Source: a virus
Direction: 5' to 3' (one strand)
Virus record (IMG/VR): IMGVR_UViG_3300002026_000069
Coordinates: 36,161-100,160 of that record
DNA: 64,000 bases
Position numbers and translations under genes: made by a program. The notes beneath the pieces were generated by a model. The model searched no databases and was not told the DNA's origin. It was given only the letters and a program-made list of their open reading frames with translations. This document shows, piece after piece, positions 9,881 through 18,808 of this stretch. Positions within the stretch are counted from its first letter, which is position 1. Every line of letters begins with the position of its first letter.

Positions 9881-10030
9881 TCAGGGCTTCTTGGCGGCAG
9901 CGTGGGCCGCCAGCACCGCCGCCTGTTCGGCGTTGGGCTTGGTGACGAAGTACGTGACGAGGCTTCCCGTCACCGCGCCAGCCACGAAGCCAGCGGAGAA
10001 AGCCTGAACCGGGGTGAGGCTGCTGAGCAT
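9881..10030 (-). CDS. 49-aa single-TM peptide, about 67% GC
   Basis: AAGGAGG SD before ATG 10030; TGGTATAAT at 10091-10099; hand count 101/150 G+C. Confidence 0.6.
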   Translation of the reverse strand: MLSSLTPVQAFSAGFVAGAVTGSLVTYFVTKPNAEQAAVLAAHAAAKKP

Positions 10031-10180
10031 GCTGATATCCTCCTTCAAGGACGAGAACCCATGATCTTCTGGATCACTTTCTCTAAATATATTATACCAT
10101 TTGGAGGGTCCTTTTTCCCTTAAAGTGTCCCTGTGCAGGGACATATTGATTTTAGGCTTCTTATCTATACTATGTTTCAT

Positions 10181-11005
10181 ATGTTCGATAGCGACTCTTG
10201 CAGGACTTGGGCTAAGGAAGCGTCTGATGCTTATCTAGCTGATAGCACCCCTCTAGGGGACACTATCGCTGGAATAGCTAAAAAGAACTCCTTAAACCCC
10301 AATCAGATACAAAGAGTCGTGGAATTGACTAATTCCATCACTCATGCTAGACTATTCCAGAAGGAAAAGGATAAGACCTTTACCTTCCCACTGGCTAAAT
10401 TAGACGATATTCTAGCTAAAACTAAGGAAACTACCGTGAAAGTAGCTGAAGCATACGTTTCAATGCCCGATATTCAACGTCCAGTGGAATCCACTAAGAT
10501 AGCTGAGTTATTTGATAGCCCTGAAGTCTTGGATATTAATAAGATAGCCACTCTAAAGAAGGCTCAAATCTACATTGAGAAGATGGAAAAGGCTGCTGAA
10601 TGCCTAAATGACGCTCTAATTCTAGCCGATCTTAATGCCGTCCAGTATCTCAAGGATGCCAAAACGGTCATTAAACAGATGCTTTTAGACTCATATCATA
10701 TGGAAGACCTCTTTGCGGCTATGATTGGGGCTATGCCAGATAAGAAAATGGAGCTTTTAAGCTTATTTAGCTCTATCTGCAAGGAGCTTTCAGAAGAAGG
10801 GGTTAAGATTGCTTCCCTTTCAGTAGATCCAAACTATATATCTTCTCTATTAAAGACTCAGAATATCAGAGTTGTCAATGGTCAGCACCCTCTTTACATG
10901 AATGTAAAGGGATATTTCGACCAAGTTGATGAAGTTGCAGCCAAAAAGAATAGCATCGAATGGCTTGGAAGCAAGATCAACGAGCTAAAACATGCAATTA
11001 AATGA
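10181..11005 (+). CDS. Head-module (scaffold/core-like) protein; likely start 10181
   Basis: TTGATT-N16-TACTAT at 10146-10173 ends 7 nt before the ATG; many K-x-A motifs. Confidence 0.55.
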   Translation: MFDSDSCRTWAKEASDAYLADSTPLGDTIAGIAKKNSLNPNQIQRVVELTNSITHARLFQKEKDKTFTFPLAKLDDILAKTKETTVKVAEAYVSMPDIQRPVESTKIAELFDSPEVLDINKIATLKKAQIYIEKMEKAAECLNDALILADLNAVQYLKDAKTVIKQMLLDSYHMEDLFAAMIGAMPDKKMELLSLFSSICKELSEEGVKIASLSVDPNYISSLLKTQNIRVVNGQHPLYMNVKGYFDQVDEVAAKKNSIEWLGSKINELKHAIK

Positions 11006-11297
11006 GCATTCTATTAACGGCATGCTGAAATTAGCAGGTATATACTCCAGTGTTATGACTGGCGGATATAATCTAGCTAAGAAAGGGATTTCTTCTTTAA
11101 AGCCTTTAGTCTCCAAAGAAGTCTCTCCAGGTGTCAGACGCCTCTCATTAAAGAGAATGGCTATGACAGGAGCAGGTCTTTATGGTGCCAAGAAGCTAAC
11201 AGATCAAGTCTTAGAAAATCAACGTAACCTTTCAAGAGACTATATGGATGATATTCATCCGTATCGTCAATCAGACACACTAAGGATGGCAAGATGA
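10992..11297 (+). CDS. Small basic protein, MLKLA|G..., putative head cargo
   Basis: KLA after a short leader; GAGLYGA segment. Confidence 0.5.
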   Translation: MQLNEHSINGMLKLAGIYSSVMTGGYNLAKKGISSLKPLVSKEVSPGVRRLSLKRMAMTGAGLYGAKKLTDQVLENQRNLSRDYMDDIHPYRQSDTLRMAR

Positions 11298-11937
11298 ACA
11301 CTCAATTATACAATGAGTTACTAGAAGCTAAGGCAAATGGTACTTTGGGTACTGTTCTCCTTGAGAAATTCGCCTCTCTAAACATTAAGTCTGAAGATGA
11401 AGTTCGGCATTTATTTGATTGCACGAATGAAAAGCTTGCATGGAAGGGTGGTGGCGGTGGTCCAGCACCAACACCTAGTAAATCAACCACTTTAGGCAAG
11501 GTAATTCTAGGCTTATCATTAGCTGGAATTGCATCAGTTCCTATTGGAGCCATGATTTCTAAGGCAAACCAGAAGAAGTCCACATTTGATAAGATCAAAG
11601 CTTCTAATCCTGCATTAGCTCAGGATGCCAAGACTAAGGATCATTACGACATGCTATGGCATGAGCTTCTAATCCTGCATTAGCTCAGGATGCCAAGACT
11701 AAGGATCATTACGACATGCTATGGCATGTTGCTCCTAATCTTGCTGGAAATCATGTTATTGCCGCTTCTGTTCTTGAACAGCTTAAGGCTTATGACATGA
11801 TTGATCACCAGATGATCGCTAAGCTTGTTGAAGCCGATAAGAACATGGCAGAGAGCAAGTCGAAGAGCGGTATGATTCAGAATGCCAGTAACCTCTCAAC
11901 AATCGGAAAGAACATTTCCGATATGGCGAACAAGTAA
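11294..11937 (+). CDS. Single TM-containing protein broken by a 65-bp tandem duplication
   Basis: Removing one repeat copy fuses 11294-11683 and 11716-11937. Confidence 0.65.
11599..11728. repeat. Perfect 65-bp tandem duplication
   Basis: 11599-11663 = 11664-11728. Confidence 0.95.
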
Positions 11938-12480
11938 ATGGACGGCAAAAAGATTGTAGAGCAATATCTTAAGATTGCTCCATATCTTGGTGCTGCTGGA
12001 ACCGGCGCTGCCATTGGTGGCGCTGTTTCCGATGATCGTAAGAAGGGCGCTATGAAAGGCGCTCTTATTGGACTTGGTTCGTTGGTTGGTGGAAGATTGG
12101 CTGCAAAAGGTGGATCTTCTATTGCTAATAGGTTCCTAGGTAAGGATAAATTGAAATTTGCAAACGAGTTCCGTGAACTAGAAAAGAAAATTGGAACGGA
12201 TGCAGCTATTCATAAAGTAAATATAGACGCTTTAGTTGCAAACGGAAAAGTAGATGCTGCTAATACATACATATCTAAACTTCAAACTGAAGGTTTAGGC
12301 GCAGCATATGCATCTCTTGGCGAGAATCATAAATATATTCCAGAAATTCCAAAGGATATGTTTGCAAAGCTTCTTTCTAAAGAAAGCGGAATTATCGGTG
12401 GCGCAGCAACTATTGGTTCTTCTGCTGGTTTAGCTGGAACCGCATACGCATTAAGAAATGGTAATAGTTCTAAAAAATAA
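11938..12480 (+). CDS. Glycine-zipper protein (putative head cargo)
   Basis: YLKIA|PYLGAAGTGAAIGG...KGALIGLGSLVGG; second zipper at the C-terminus. Confidence 0.6.
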   Translation: MDGKKIVEQYLKIAPYLGAAGTGAAIGGAVSDDRKKGAMKGALIGLGSLVGGRLAAKGGSSIANRFLGKDKLKFANEFRELEKKIGTDAAIHKVNIDALVANGKVDAANTYISKLQTEGLGAAYASLGENHKYIPEIPKDMFAKLLSKESGIIGGAATIGSSAGLAGTAYALRNGNSSKK

Positions 12481-12685
12481 GAACATCGTAGGTTACTACG
12501 ATGGAATGATTCATGCGGACAATGAGCATGACATTCGCTTAATAAATACATGTCTTAATGTAAATCTTGACAAAGCAGACGAATATCATAAGCTAAAAGA
12601 TAGATTACACGCCCCTTACTTCTGTAAGCGTGGAACAACTAACCAATCCTTTAGGATAAAGCAAAATGTCATTAAATCTCATTGA
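12458..12685 (+). CDS. Hypothetical protein
   Basis: Overlaps both neighbouring genes in the operon. Confidence 0.45.
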   Translation: MVIVLKNKNIVGYYDGMIHADNEHDIRLINTCLNVNLDKADEYHKLKDRLHAPYFCKRGTTNQSFRIKQNVIKSH

Positions 12686-13037
12686 AGATGCAATTGAGAA
12701 AATAGCTTTATTATCAGCCGCAAACACAGCAGCACGATTTGGATTAATCGGTGGCGCTGTTGGCGCTTTTAGAAAGAAAGATAAAGACGAGTCTCGTCTT
12801 CATTCCATTCTTAGAAGTGCTGGAACTGGCGCTGCCGTTGGAGCAGGCGGAAACATAGCTGCAAGAGGCTTAGCTAAGGCTGTTAAATTTAGCCCTGGCA
12901 AAGCTGAAGTAGCAAAGCTCGTTGGAGATAAGAAGACTTATAACAAAGAAATGCTTAAAGCATTGGCTGTACTTGGTGGTGGAACCGCTGGTAGTATTGG
13001 TGCTTATCACCTTGCCAAGAGAAAAGAAAATAAGTAA
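12666..13037 (+). CDS. Tagged glycine-zipper protein (putative head cargo)
   Basis: MSLNLIEDAIEKIA|LL...; GLIGGAVG, GTGAAVGAGG, GGGTAGSIGA. Confidence 0.65.
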   Translation: MSLNLIEDAIEKIALLSAANTAARFGLIGGAVGAFRKKDKDESRLHSILRSAGTGAAVGAGGNIAARGLAKAVKFSPGKAEVAKLVGDKKTYNKEMLKALAVLGGGTAGSIGAYHLAKRKENK

Positions 13038-14881
13038 TGTTTAAAGCCATCGACATCGGACCATTGCTGGATGACGGCGAATTAGCCGTTAAACTCATGC
13101 CCGTTGGCGATGAGGAAAAGACAGCTTCCGTACTTGGAAAGCATATTCCTGATGAGATCGCTCTCTTCGCTAAAGCGGCTAAGTCTTCTGAAGACTGTGT
13201 TTGGCTTCATGTTATCGCCATGACGGCTGGAGACTTTTATGGTCCCAATCGTAATGGCGATTTCTTCTATGAAGCTGATCTTCTTGGAATGCAAGATCAA
13301 GAAGAAGCTAATAAGAATATTGGCGAATATACTGGAAAGCCACTTCAACGCTATAAGACATTCTTACAGGCTTCATTCTATCATCATCATAAGAATAAGC
13401 CAGATCTAGGGCATCCTCGCTTTGGTCGTGTTGTAGTTGTAGCTTACAACCACATCATGCATCGTGTTGAGCTTGTTCTACAAGTATTCAGAATTACTAA
13501 GAAGATTGGTGATATCACCTATCTTGGTGATCCTGATACTTGCGGAAAGGCTATGAGAGGCGAACAAATCGCTTTCTCCATGGGATGCAAGGTTCCTGGT
13601 GACTATTGCTCAATTACTGGTGTATGGAATAAGACGGTTGCTAACTATGGATTGCACTTAAAGACCATGATGGGTCGTATAATGCCTGATGGAAGGCGTG
13701 TATACGCAATTAATAGAAAACCAAGATTCTTCGATATCTCAAAGGTTCTTATTCCCGCAGACCCACTTGGGCTATCCATTACTAAAGTAGCTTCAGTAAT
13801 CATTGGATCTGCTCAGAAAGCTCTGGATTACGGCATGGAAGATAACGAGAAGCTTTCAATCTTAAAGAAGTCTGAAATAAAGAAAATAATTCCAGATGGC
13901 AAACTGATTGGTGAATTAGCCGATCAGCATGAGATGCCTGGATTAGAATATACTGATGATGATCTTCCTAGTAATGTATTAGATAGTCTAGGCAACCTAT
14001 CTTTAGGCAAGGCTCTTACTAACCTATTAGCTTCAGGCATGCTTGCTTCACCAAGAGAAGTTGGCACTATCATTACTATTCGTATTCAACGTTCTCCTAA
14101 CTGGATGAAAGAGACTCCTGATATTGATTGGAATGGTGGAGTGGATTCTGATGTTCAGAAAGAACTCGCTAAGCATGCTGCAAGTCGTTCTTTCTTTGGG
14201 CATCTTCCATTAAATAGAATGGAGAAGCTGGCTAATGTTGAAGAGAAGGCTGAAAAGTCTCTTCCAGATAAGATTTACGAGAAGTTTAACAAGCAACTTC
14301 CAGTTGGTGTGACGATGGGTGCATTGATTGCATCTATATATACGTTGTATCGTGCCAACATTCGTAGCGGAACATTAGAAAGTTTCTTTAAACTAATCGA
14401 TAAGAATCCATATATTCTTCCTGCTGTCATTGGTGGTGGAACTTTGGCAAGTTCAACCATATCAGCAGCTATGGAGAAGAAAGCTGATATGCACAAGCAT
14501 ATCAATAAACTTCTTTTAGCTACTGCTATTCCATATGTTGGATCTGCCTATCTGACTCAAAGAGAGAAGGAAGGCAAGCAACTTGGTGCTGTCTCAAGAT
14601 TCATTAAAGACAATCCAGGTGCTTTGGCTATCGGCAGCAACATAGCTGCTTTTGGTGGAGCAAAAGCCCTAAAGGACAAACTGACTTCAAAAGTTGCTCA
14701 CTTGAAAAAGTGCGCGGGCTTAGATAAGATGGATGTGATAGATAACTTTGTCGTGCAGCCAATGACATCACTTTCGGGAAGCATTCCGCATTCGATGGTT
14801 GGTGGTTCGATAGATAGTTATGTCCTAAACAAACTTCTCAATCGTAAGAGAAAAACCCTTCCTTCCTCAACGGAGAAATAA
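13037..14881 (+). CDS. Putative prohead maturation protease with K-x-A-delimited C-terminal hydrophobic domains
   Basis: NRNGDFF, YHHH, FSMGC..D.CS, FFDIS.V..PAD resemble HK97/herpes-fold phage serine proteases; upstream of scaffold and capsid genes. Confidence 0.65.
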   Translation: MFKAIDIGPLLDDGELAVKLMPVGDEEKTASVLGKHIPDEIALFAKAAKSSEDCVWLHVIAMTAGDFYGPNRNGDFFYEADLLGMQDQEEANKNIGEYTGKPLQRYKTFLQASFYHHHKNKPDLGHPRFGRVVVVAYNHIMHRVELVLQVFRITKKIGDITYLGDPDTCGKAMRGEQIAFSMGCKVPGDYCSITGVWNKTVANYGLHLKTMMGRIMPDGRRVYAINRKPRFFDISKVLIPADPLGLSITKVASVIIGSAQKALDYGMEDNEKLSILKKSEIKKIIPDGKLIGELADQHEMPGLEYTDDDLPSNVLDSLGNLSLGKALTNLLASGMLASPREVGTIITIRIQRSPNWMKETPDIDWNGGVDSDVQKELAKHAASRSFFGHLPLNRMEKLANVEEKAEKSLPDKIYEKFNKQLPVGVTMGALIASIYTLYRANIRSGTLESFFKLIDKNPYILPAVIGGGTLASSTISAAMEKKADMHKHINKLLLATAIPYVGSAYLTQREKEGKQLGAVSRFIKDNPGALAIGSNIAAFGGAKALKDKLTSKVAHLKKCAGLDKMDVIDNFVVQPMTSLSGSIPHSMVGGSIDSYVLNKLLNRKRKTLPSSTEK

Positions 14882-14882
14882 A

Positions 14883-15446
14883 ATGCAGATCGAAGATTTA
14901 CTCGCACAGCTTGCTGCTGGTAGCGAAAAAACTGGCACTGAGGCTGAAAAGACCGCTGCTGCCGCATCAACCACCCTTCCTGAAGGTATTTCTGCTGAAG
15001 TCTTAGCTATGGCTAAGGCTCTCTCAGAAGACAAGGAAGCTCTCGCTGCTCTTCAGAGCATGAGCGAGGACTCAGAGAAGACTGCTGAAGCTGAGAAGCT
15101 TGCAGAAGAGCTTGAGTTCCAAGGCCGTCTGTTTGCTCGCGGTTTAATCGCTGAGCAGACCAAGATTGCCTATCTTTCAGACCAGATCGACGAAGATGCC
15201 GTTATTAAGACTGCCGAAGCACTTCACATGACTCTCGATGAGATTATGGGCGAGAAGATCGCTGATGCTCATGAGCAGGCTTACACCGCTGCCCAGAATA
15301 ATTCTGGCGCTGGTCATGTCGAAGTTGCTCAGAACGCTCATGAGCGTCCTGTTGCAAAGGCAGAAGAACTCAAGGGCTTAGCCGCAGTTGCGAATGCTCT
15401 TAAGAAGGTCAAAGTCAACAAAACCGATCAGCCCGTTAACGGCTAA
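14883..15446 (+). CDS. Scaffold-like acidic protein
   Basis: Ala/Glu-rich; EKTG, EKTA x2, EKLA, KIA, KTA, EKIA. Confidence 0.6.
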   Translation: MQIEDLLAQLAAGSEKTGTEAEKTAAAASTTLPEGISAEVLAMAKALSEDKEALAALQSMSEDSEKTAEAEKLAEELEFQGRLFARGLIAEQTKIAYLSDQIDEDAVIKTAEALHMTLDEIMGEKIADAHEQAYTAAQNNSGAGHVEVAQNAHERPVAKAEELKGLAAVANALKKVKVNKTDQPVNG

Positions 15447-15479
15447 TCATAAACAATCCATACCTACAAGGAAAATAAC

Positions 15480-15896
15480 ATGGATCTCGCAGAATACTAC
15501 GAAGAAGTCACCAAGACCGCTGGCCTGAAAGAGGAAGCCGACGTTAGCGAAGAGAAGGTAGCTGCCATCGTTGCAGTTTCCGAACAATTCGATATCGACG
15601 GAATCGCTTTCGAAAACGAAGACGAGAAGATTGCTGCCGCAGTCGCTATCGTTGAAGGATTCGAGTCAGTTGTTGAGGAATCAGAGAAGGACGCAGGCGT
15701 TGGCGAAATGTACAACAAGGTCAAGGGTCATCTCGCTGCTGGATATGCAAAGGTGAAGGAAAAGGCTGGAAAGGCTTACGCCGCCACCAAGGAACACCTA
15801 AAGACGCATAAGGGCAAGTATTACGCTGGCGCTGGCGGTGCTGCCGCTGGTGGAGTTGCTGGATACGTCGCTGGCCGCAGAAGCAAGAGCAAGTAA
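15480..15896 (+). CDS. Acidic propeptide plus basic glycine-zipper C-terminal peptide
   Basis: KTA, EKVA, EKIA, EKDA|GVGEM...; ends GAGGAAAGGVAGYVAGRRSKSK. Confidence 0.6.
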   Translation: MDLAEYYEEVTKTAGLKEEADVSEEKVAAIVAVSEQFDIDGIAFENEDEKIAAAVAIVEGFESVVEESEKDAGVGEMYNKVKGHLAAGYAKVKEKAGKAYAATKEHLKTHKGKYYAGAGGAAAGGVAGYVAGRRSKSK

Positions 15897-15917
15897 GCTT
15901 TTAAAAGCTTACTATAC

Positions 15918-15946
15918 GAAAACCCCGCTCTTGTAGCGGGGTTTTT
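15918..15946 (+). terminator. Rho-independent terminator
   Basis: AAAACCCCGCT-loop-AGCGGGGTTTTT. Confidence 0.8.
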
Positions 15947-15998
15947 CGTTTCGCTTGTCATTTATAAGTAAAATCATACACTATCTACGGAGTAATAT

Positions 15999-16232
15999 AT
16001 GAACCTTTCAGTAGAAGATATTGTTAAAGAAGCCGTAGCTAAGGGAAAGAGCTTCGTTCCAGTTCCTAAGCATTCAGATGAATCTGAGCCTGCTAAGTTA
16101 GCTTCAGCCTTAGAAGCTCTTGCCGAAGATGCAGATGAAGAAGCTCAGGCTTATGCTAAGCATACAGAAGAAAAAAACGAAAAGTTAGCTTCAATTAAAG
16201 AATTCGTGGATACACTACACGAAGTTTTATGA
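15999..16232 (+). CDS. Small acidic head-module protein
   Basis: KEA, KLA x2; TTGTCA-N16-TACACT promoter upstream. Confidence 0.55.
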   Translation: MNLSVEDIVKEAVAKGKSFVPVPKHSDESEPAKLASALEALAEDADEEAQAYAKHTEEKNEKLASIKEFVDTLHEVL

Positions 16233-17071
16233 TAGAGCAGAGGAATAAATTTAGAGAGGCTGAATTTGCCCGTCAAGGAAGCGGATCTCTAACAGTAGAT
16301 GCCGCTAAGGGTCTTACTGGTTTAGCTGGTGGAGCCGTTGGTGCTGCGAGAGGTAAGGGATTTTCTGAATCAAGAAAGAAAACCTCTGAAGCAGTTGGAA
16401 AAGGTCTTTGGCATGGATTTGGAAAGCATGTAGATTATGCAGATAGATACTTAGGTGGAGCAGCTTCTAAGATTCCAATTCTTGGAAGAATGTTTAAATC
16501 AAAAGAGAGATTTGAACACGCTTTAACACCTGAAATTAAAGCTAAGTTAGGAAAAGAAGTCCTTAATCCAGCGGAACGTCATGCAGTTACCGCTGCAACA
16601 GAAGGTGTGAATGTTCGTAGACTTTCAACGCCAATTAAAGGTGTTGCTAAGGTTGCCGTTCCAATTGCCGCATCTATGTATATAGGTGATAAGATGATGA
16701 AATATAAAGAACGAAAAGCAGCAGAGCAACAACAAAAGAACGCTGAATTAAGCGTTGTTGTTCAAAAATCAGTCCTCTTGAAAACAGCAGGGGTTCTCCG
16801 TAATCTAGATCAGGAGAAAAAAGCAGCCCTAGCTGAACTTGCAGAGACTACCAAACTCGCTACTGCTCAGAAGGCAGTTTTATCTTTAGTCAGAGAAGGT
16901 TTAATAGACCTTGATGACATAGACGAAAAGATAGCAGAGTTAGTTGAGCATCCAGATAGAGCAGAATCATTCTTCAATGTTCCAAAGACTTCAAACTTCG
17001 GAACTCTTTCGACTTCAACAACCTCTTCTTCGAATCCCCTAGAAGACTTCCTACTCAACGGAGAAAAATAA
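16229..17071 (+). CDS. Head-module protein (glycine-zipper N-half, scaffold-like C-half)
   Basis: GLAGGAVGAA; KNA, KTA, KKA, KLA, KIA. Confidence 0.5.
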   Translation: MIEQRNKFREAEFARQGSGSLTVDAAKGLTGLAGGAVGAARGKGFSESRKKTSEAVGKGLWHGFGKHVDYADRYLGGAASKIPILGRMFKSKERFEHALTPEIKAKLGKEVLNPAERHAVTAATEGVNVRRLSTPIKGVAKVAVPIAASMYIGDKMMKYKERKAAEQQQKNAELSVVVQKSVLLKTAGVLRNLDQEKKAALAELAETTKLATAQKAVLSLVREGLIDLDDIDEKIAELVEHPDRAESFFNVPKTSNFGTLSTSTTSSSNPLEDFLLNGEK

Positions 17072-17072
17072 G

Positions 17073-17498
17073 ATGTCACTAGAAATGCTTACCCGCACAG
17101 AAGACATTCGCCGCAATGTCCTGAACAATAGCGGCAACGCTGTTGTTCGTTCAGGCTCATGGGTTGCCCGTGATGCCAATGGCAATGCCAAAACCCCTTC
17201 AGCAGGTGAAGTTTCCGCTGGCGTTGCTCAGCTTGTCATTCTCGGCAACGAGAATGCTCGTCCTGATAGCATCGGCAGCGAAACAGTCACCGTCCAGTAT
17301 GGCCAGAATCGTTTCGCTGTAACAAGCGAAGGATTCGTTGATACAAGCGTAGTAGTTGGTTGCGAGCTTCAGATCGTCAATACACCATCAGGTGTAGGTG
17401 AGATTGGTTACAAGCTCGGATTCAAGGCTGCTGGCGCGACTGTTGCCATCTGCGAAGAGATCTCAGGCGGAAGACTCGTCTTCCGTACCCTCCGCTAA
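17073..17498 (+). CDS. Capsid decoration/cement protein
   Basis: 141-aa beta-rich protein directly before the capsid gene; strongly biased codons. Confidence 0.55.
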   Translation: MSLEMLTRTEDIRRNVLNNSGNAVVRSGSWVARDANGNAKTPSAGEVSAGVAQLVILGNENARPDSIGSETVTVQYGQNRFAVTSEGFVDTSVVVGCELQIVNTPSGVGEIGYKLGFKAAGATVAICEEISGGRLVFRTLR

Positions 17499-17532
17499 AC
17501 TTATATACTAAAAATATAAAGGACAACATTCA

Positions 17533-18684
17533 ATGAGCGACAATTCAGCAATCCTAAATGGCCTCTTCGTAGATGCCGTTTCAACATCAGACGGGCTTGA
17601 AAAGCTCGCTGAAGTCGGTGGAGCTTACATCCAGAAGATCCTGCGTGAGACTTCGTTCGCACGCCAGATTCTTCCTCCGGTCAATGTAACTCGTACCGAT
17701 GTTACCCGTAGCGTTGATCACGATGGATTCGTCAAGATCATCGACATTGAGCCTGATTCGAAGGCTATGGCGATGAACTTCCTTGGCGAGCCAGATGGCC
17801 GCTACATCACTGGCGCTCGTTACGCCGTTCCTTTCTTCCGCGTTGCTTCGGAAGACTTCAGCAAGGATGAAACCGAACTGATGGCCTATGACTACCCGAT
17901 CACAAGAGTGATTGAGGAAAATAGCGTCAAGGATATTCAGGAGATCGAAGATAAGGTCTTCATGAAGTATGTTGACTCAGGCATTCGTTCGAATGCTATG
18001 TTCGTCAACTATGTCGGCACCAGCAAGAATCTCAGCAAGGCAGCCGTTAAGACTCTGATCAATCTGATCGAAGCCAAGCGTCTGAAGTGCGAAGTTCTTC
18101 TGATGGCAACGACCACCTGGAACGACGTTCTGGAGTTCGACTACAGCGTTCTTGGCTCGGATCTGATCTCAAAGGTAACTGTTGAAGGATACACCTACAA
18201 CACGTTCCTTGGCCGCAAGGTGATCACTTCGATCAAGGAATCGATGTTCTTCAAGAACGCCAAGTTCCAGAATGCAGGAACCGTAACGGTAGTTGCTTCG
18301 ACATCGGCTGTCGTAACAACCAATATCTTCAACGGAACCTTCGACACTGCCATCATCGGCATTGGCGACACCGTTGTAGTCTCGGGTGCTGGTGCCAACA
18401 CTGGCAAGACCGGAACCGTGGTTTCAGTCTCAGCAACCCAGCTTGTTGTTACTGCCACGCTTGCCAACGAAGCTGCCGCTGAAACCCTGACCATCACGGC
18501 TAAGAGCCTGAAGACGATCTACGCCTTCACCGCCCCACGCTTCCTTGGTCACTTCTTCATCCTGAACCAGACGAAGTTCGTGATCAAGAAGGATATGAAC
18601 ATCATCACCTTCCGCGCTTGGGAAGATGTTGCTATCGGTATCGGCAACCTGAATGCCGCCGCTGGCGTAACTCTCGACTCATAA
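17533..18684 (+). CDS. Major capsid protein
   Basis: Position after protease/scaffold/decoration genes, highly biased codons, strong terminator; LRETSFARQILP; HK97-fold-like C-terminal AWEDVAIGIGN. Confidence 0.8.
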   Translation: MSDNSAILNGLFVDAVSTSDGLEKLAEVGGAYIQKILRETSFARQILPPVNVTRTDVTRSVDHDGFVKIIDIEPDSKAMAMNFLGEPDGRYITGARYAVPFFRVASEDFSKDETELMAYDYPITRVIEENSVKDIQEIEDKVFMKYVDSGIRSNAMFVNYVGTSKNLSKAAVKTLINLIEAKRLKCEVLLMATTTWNDVLEFDYSVLGSDLISKVTVEGYTYNTFLGRKVITSIKESMFFKNAKFQNAGTVTVVASTSAVVTTNIFNGTFDTAIIGIGDTVVVSGAGANTGKTGTVVSVSATQLVVTATLANEAAAETLTITAKSLKTIYAFTAPRFLGHFFILNQTKFVIKKDMNIITFRAWEDVAIGIGNLNAAAGVTLDS

Positions 18685-18708
18685 TCGAGATTAGCTTCAT
18701 AAGCTATG

Positions 18709-18744
18709 CTAAACCCAGGACTAACACTCCTGGGTTTAGTTTTT
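18709..18744 (+). terminator. Rho-independent terminator
   Basis: CTAAACCCAGGA-loop-TCCTGGGTTTAG-TTTTT. Confidence 0.8.
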
Positions 18745-18808
18745 AAAACTTTCCCTCTTGTAAAATTCAAACATACCTCTACTATAAAGCACAGATAGGA
18801 AACATAAA

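Noticed and set aside
5159-13037. Double-glycine bacteriocin precursor cluster
   Set aside because: Leaders end in K-x-A, not GG; no C39 peptidase/ABC exporter is present; the genes sit among head genes
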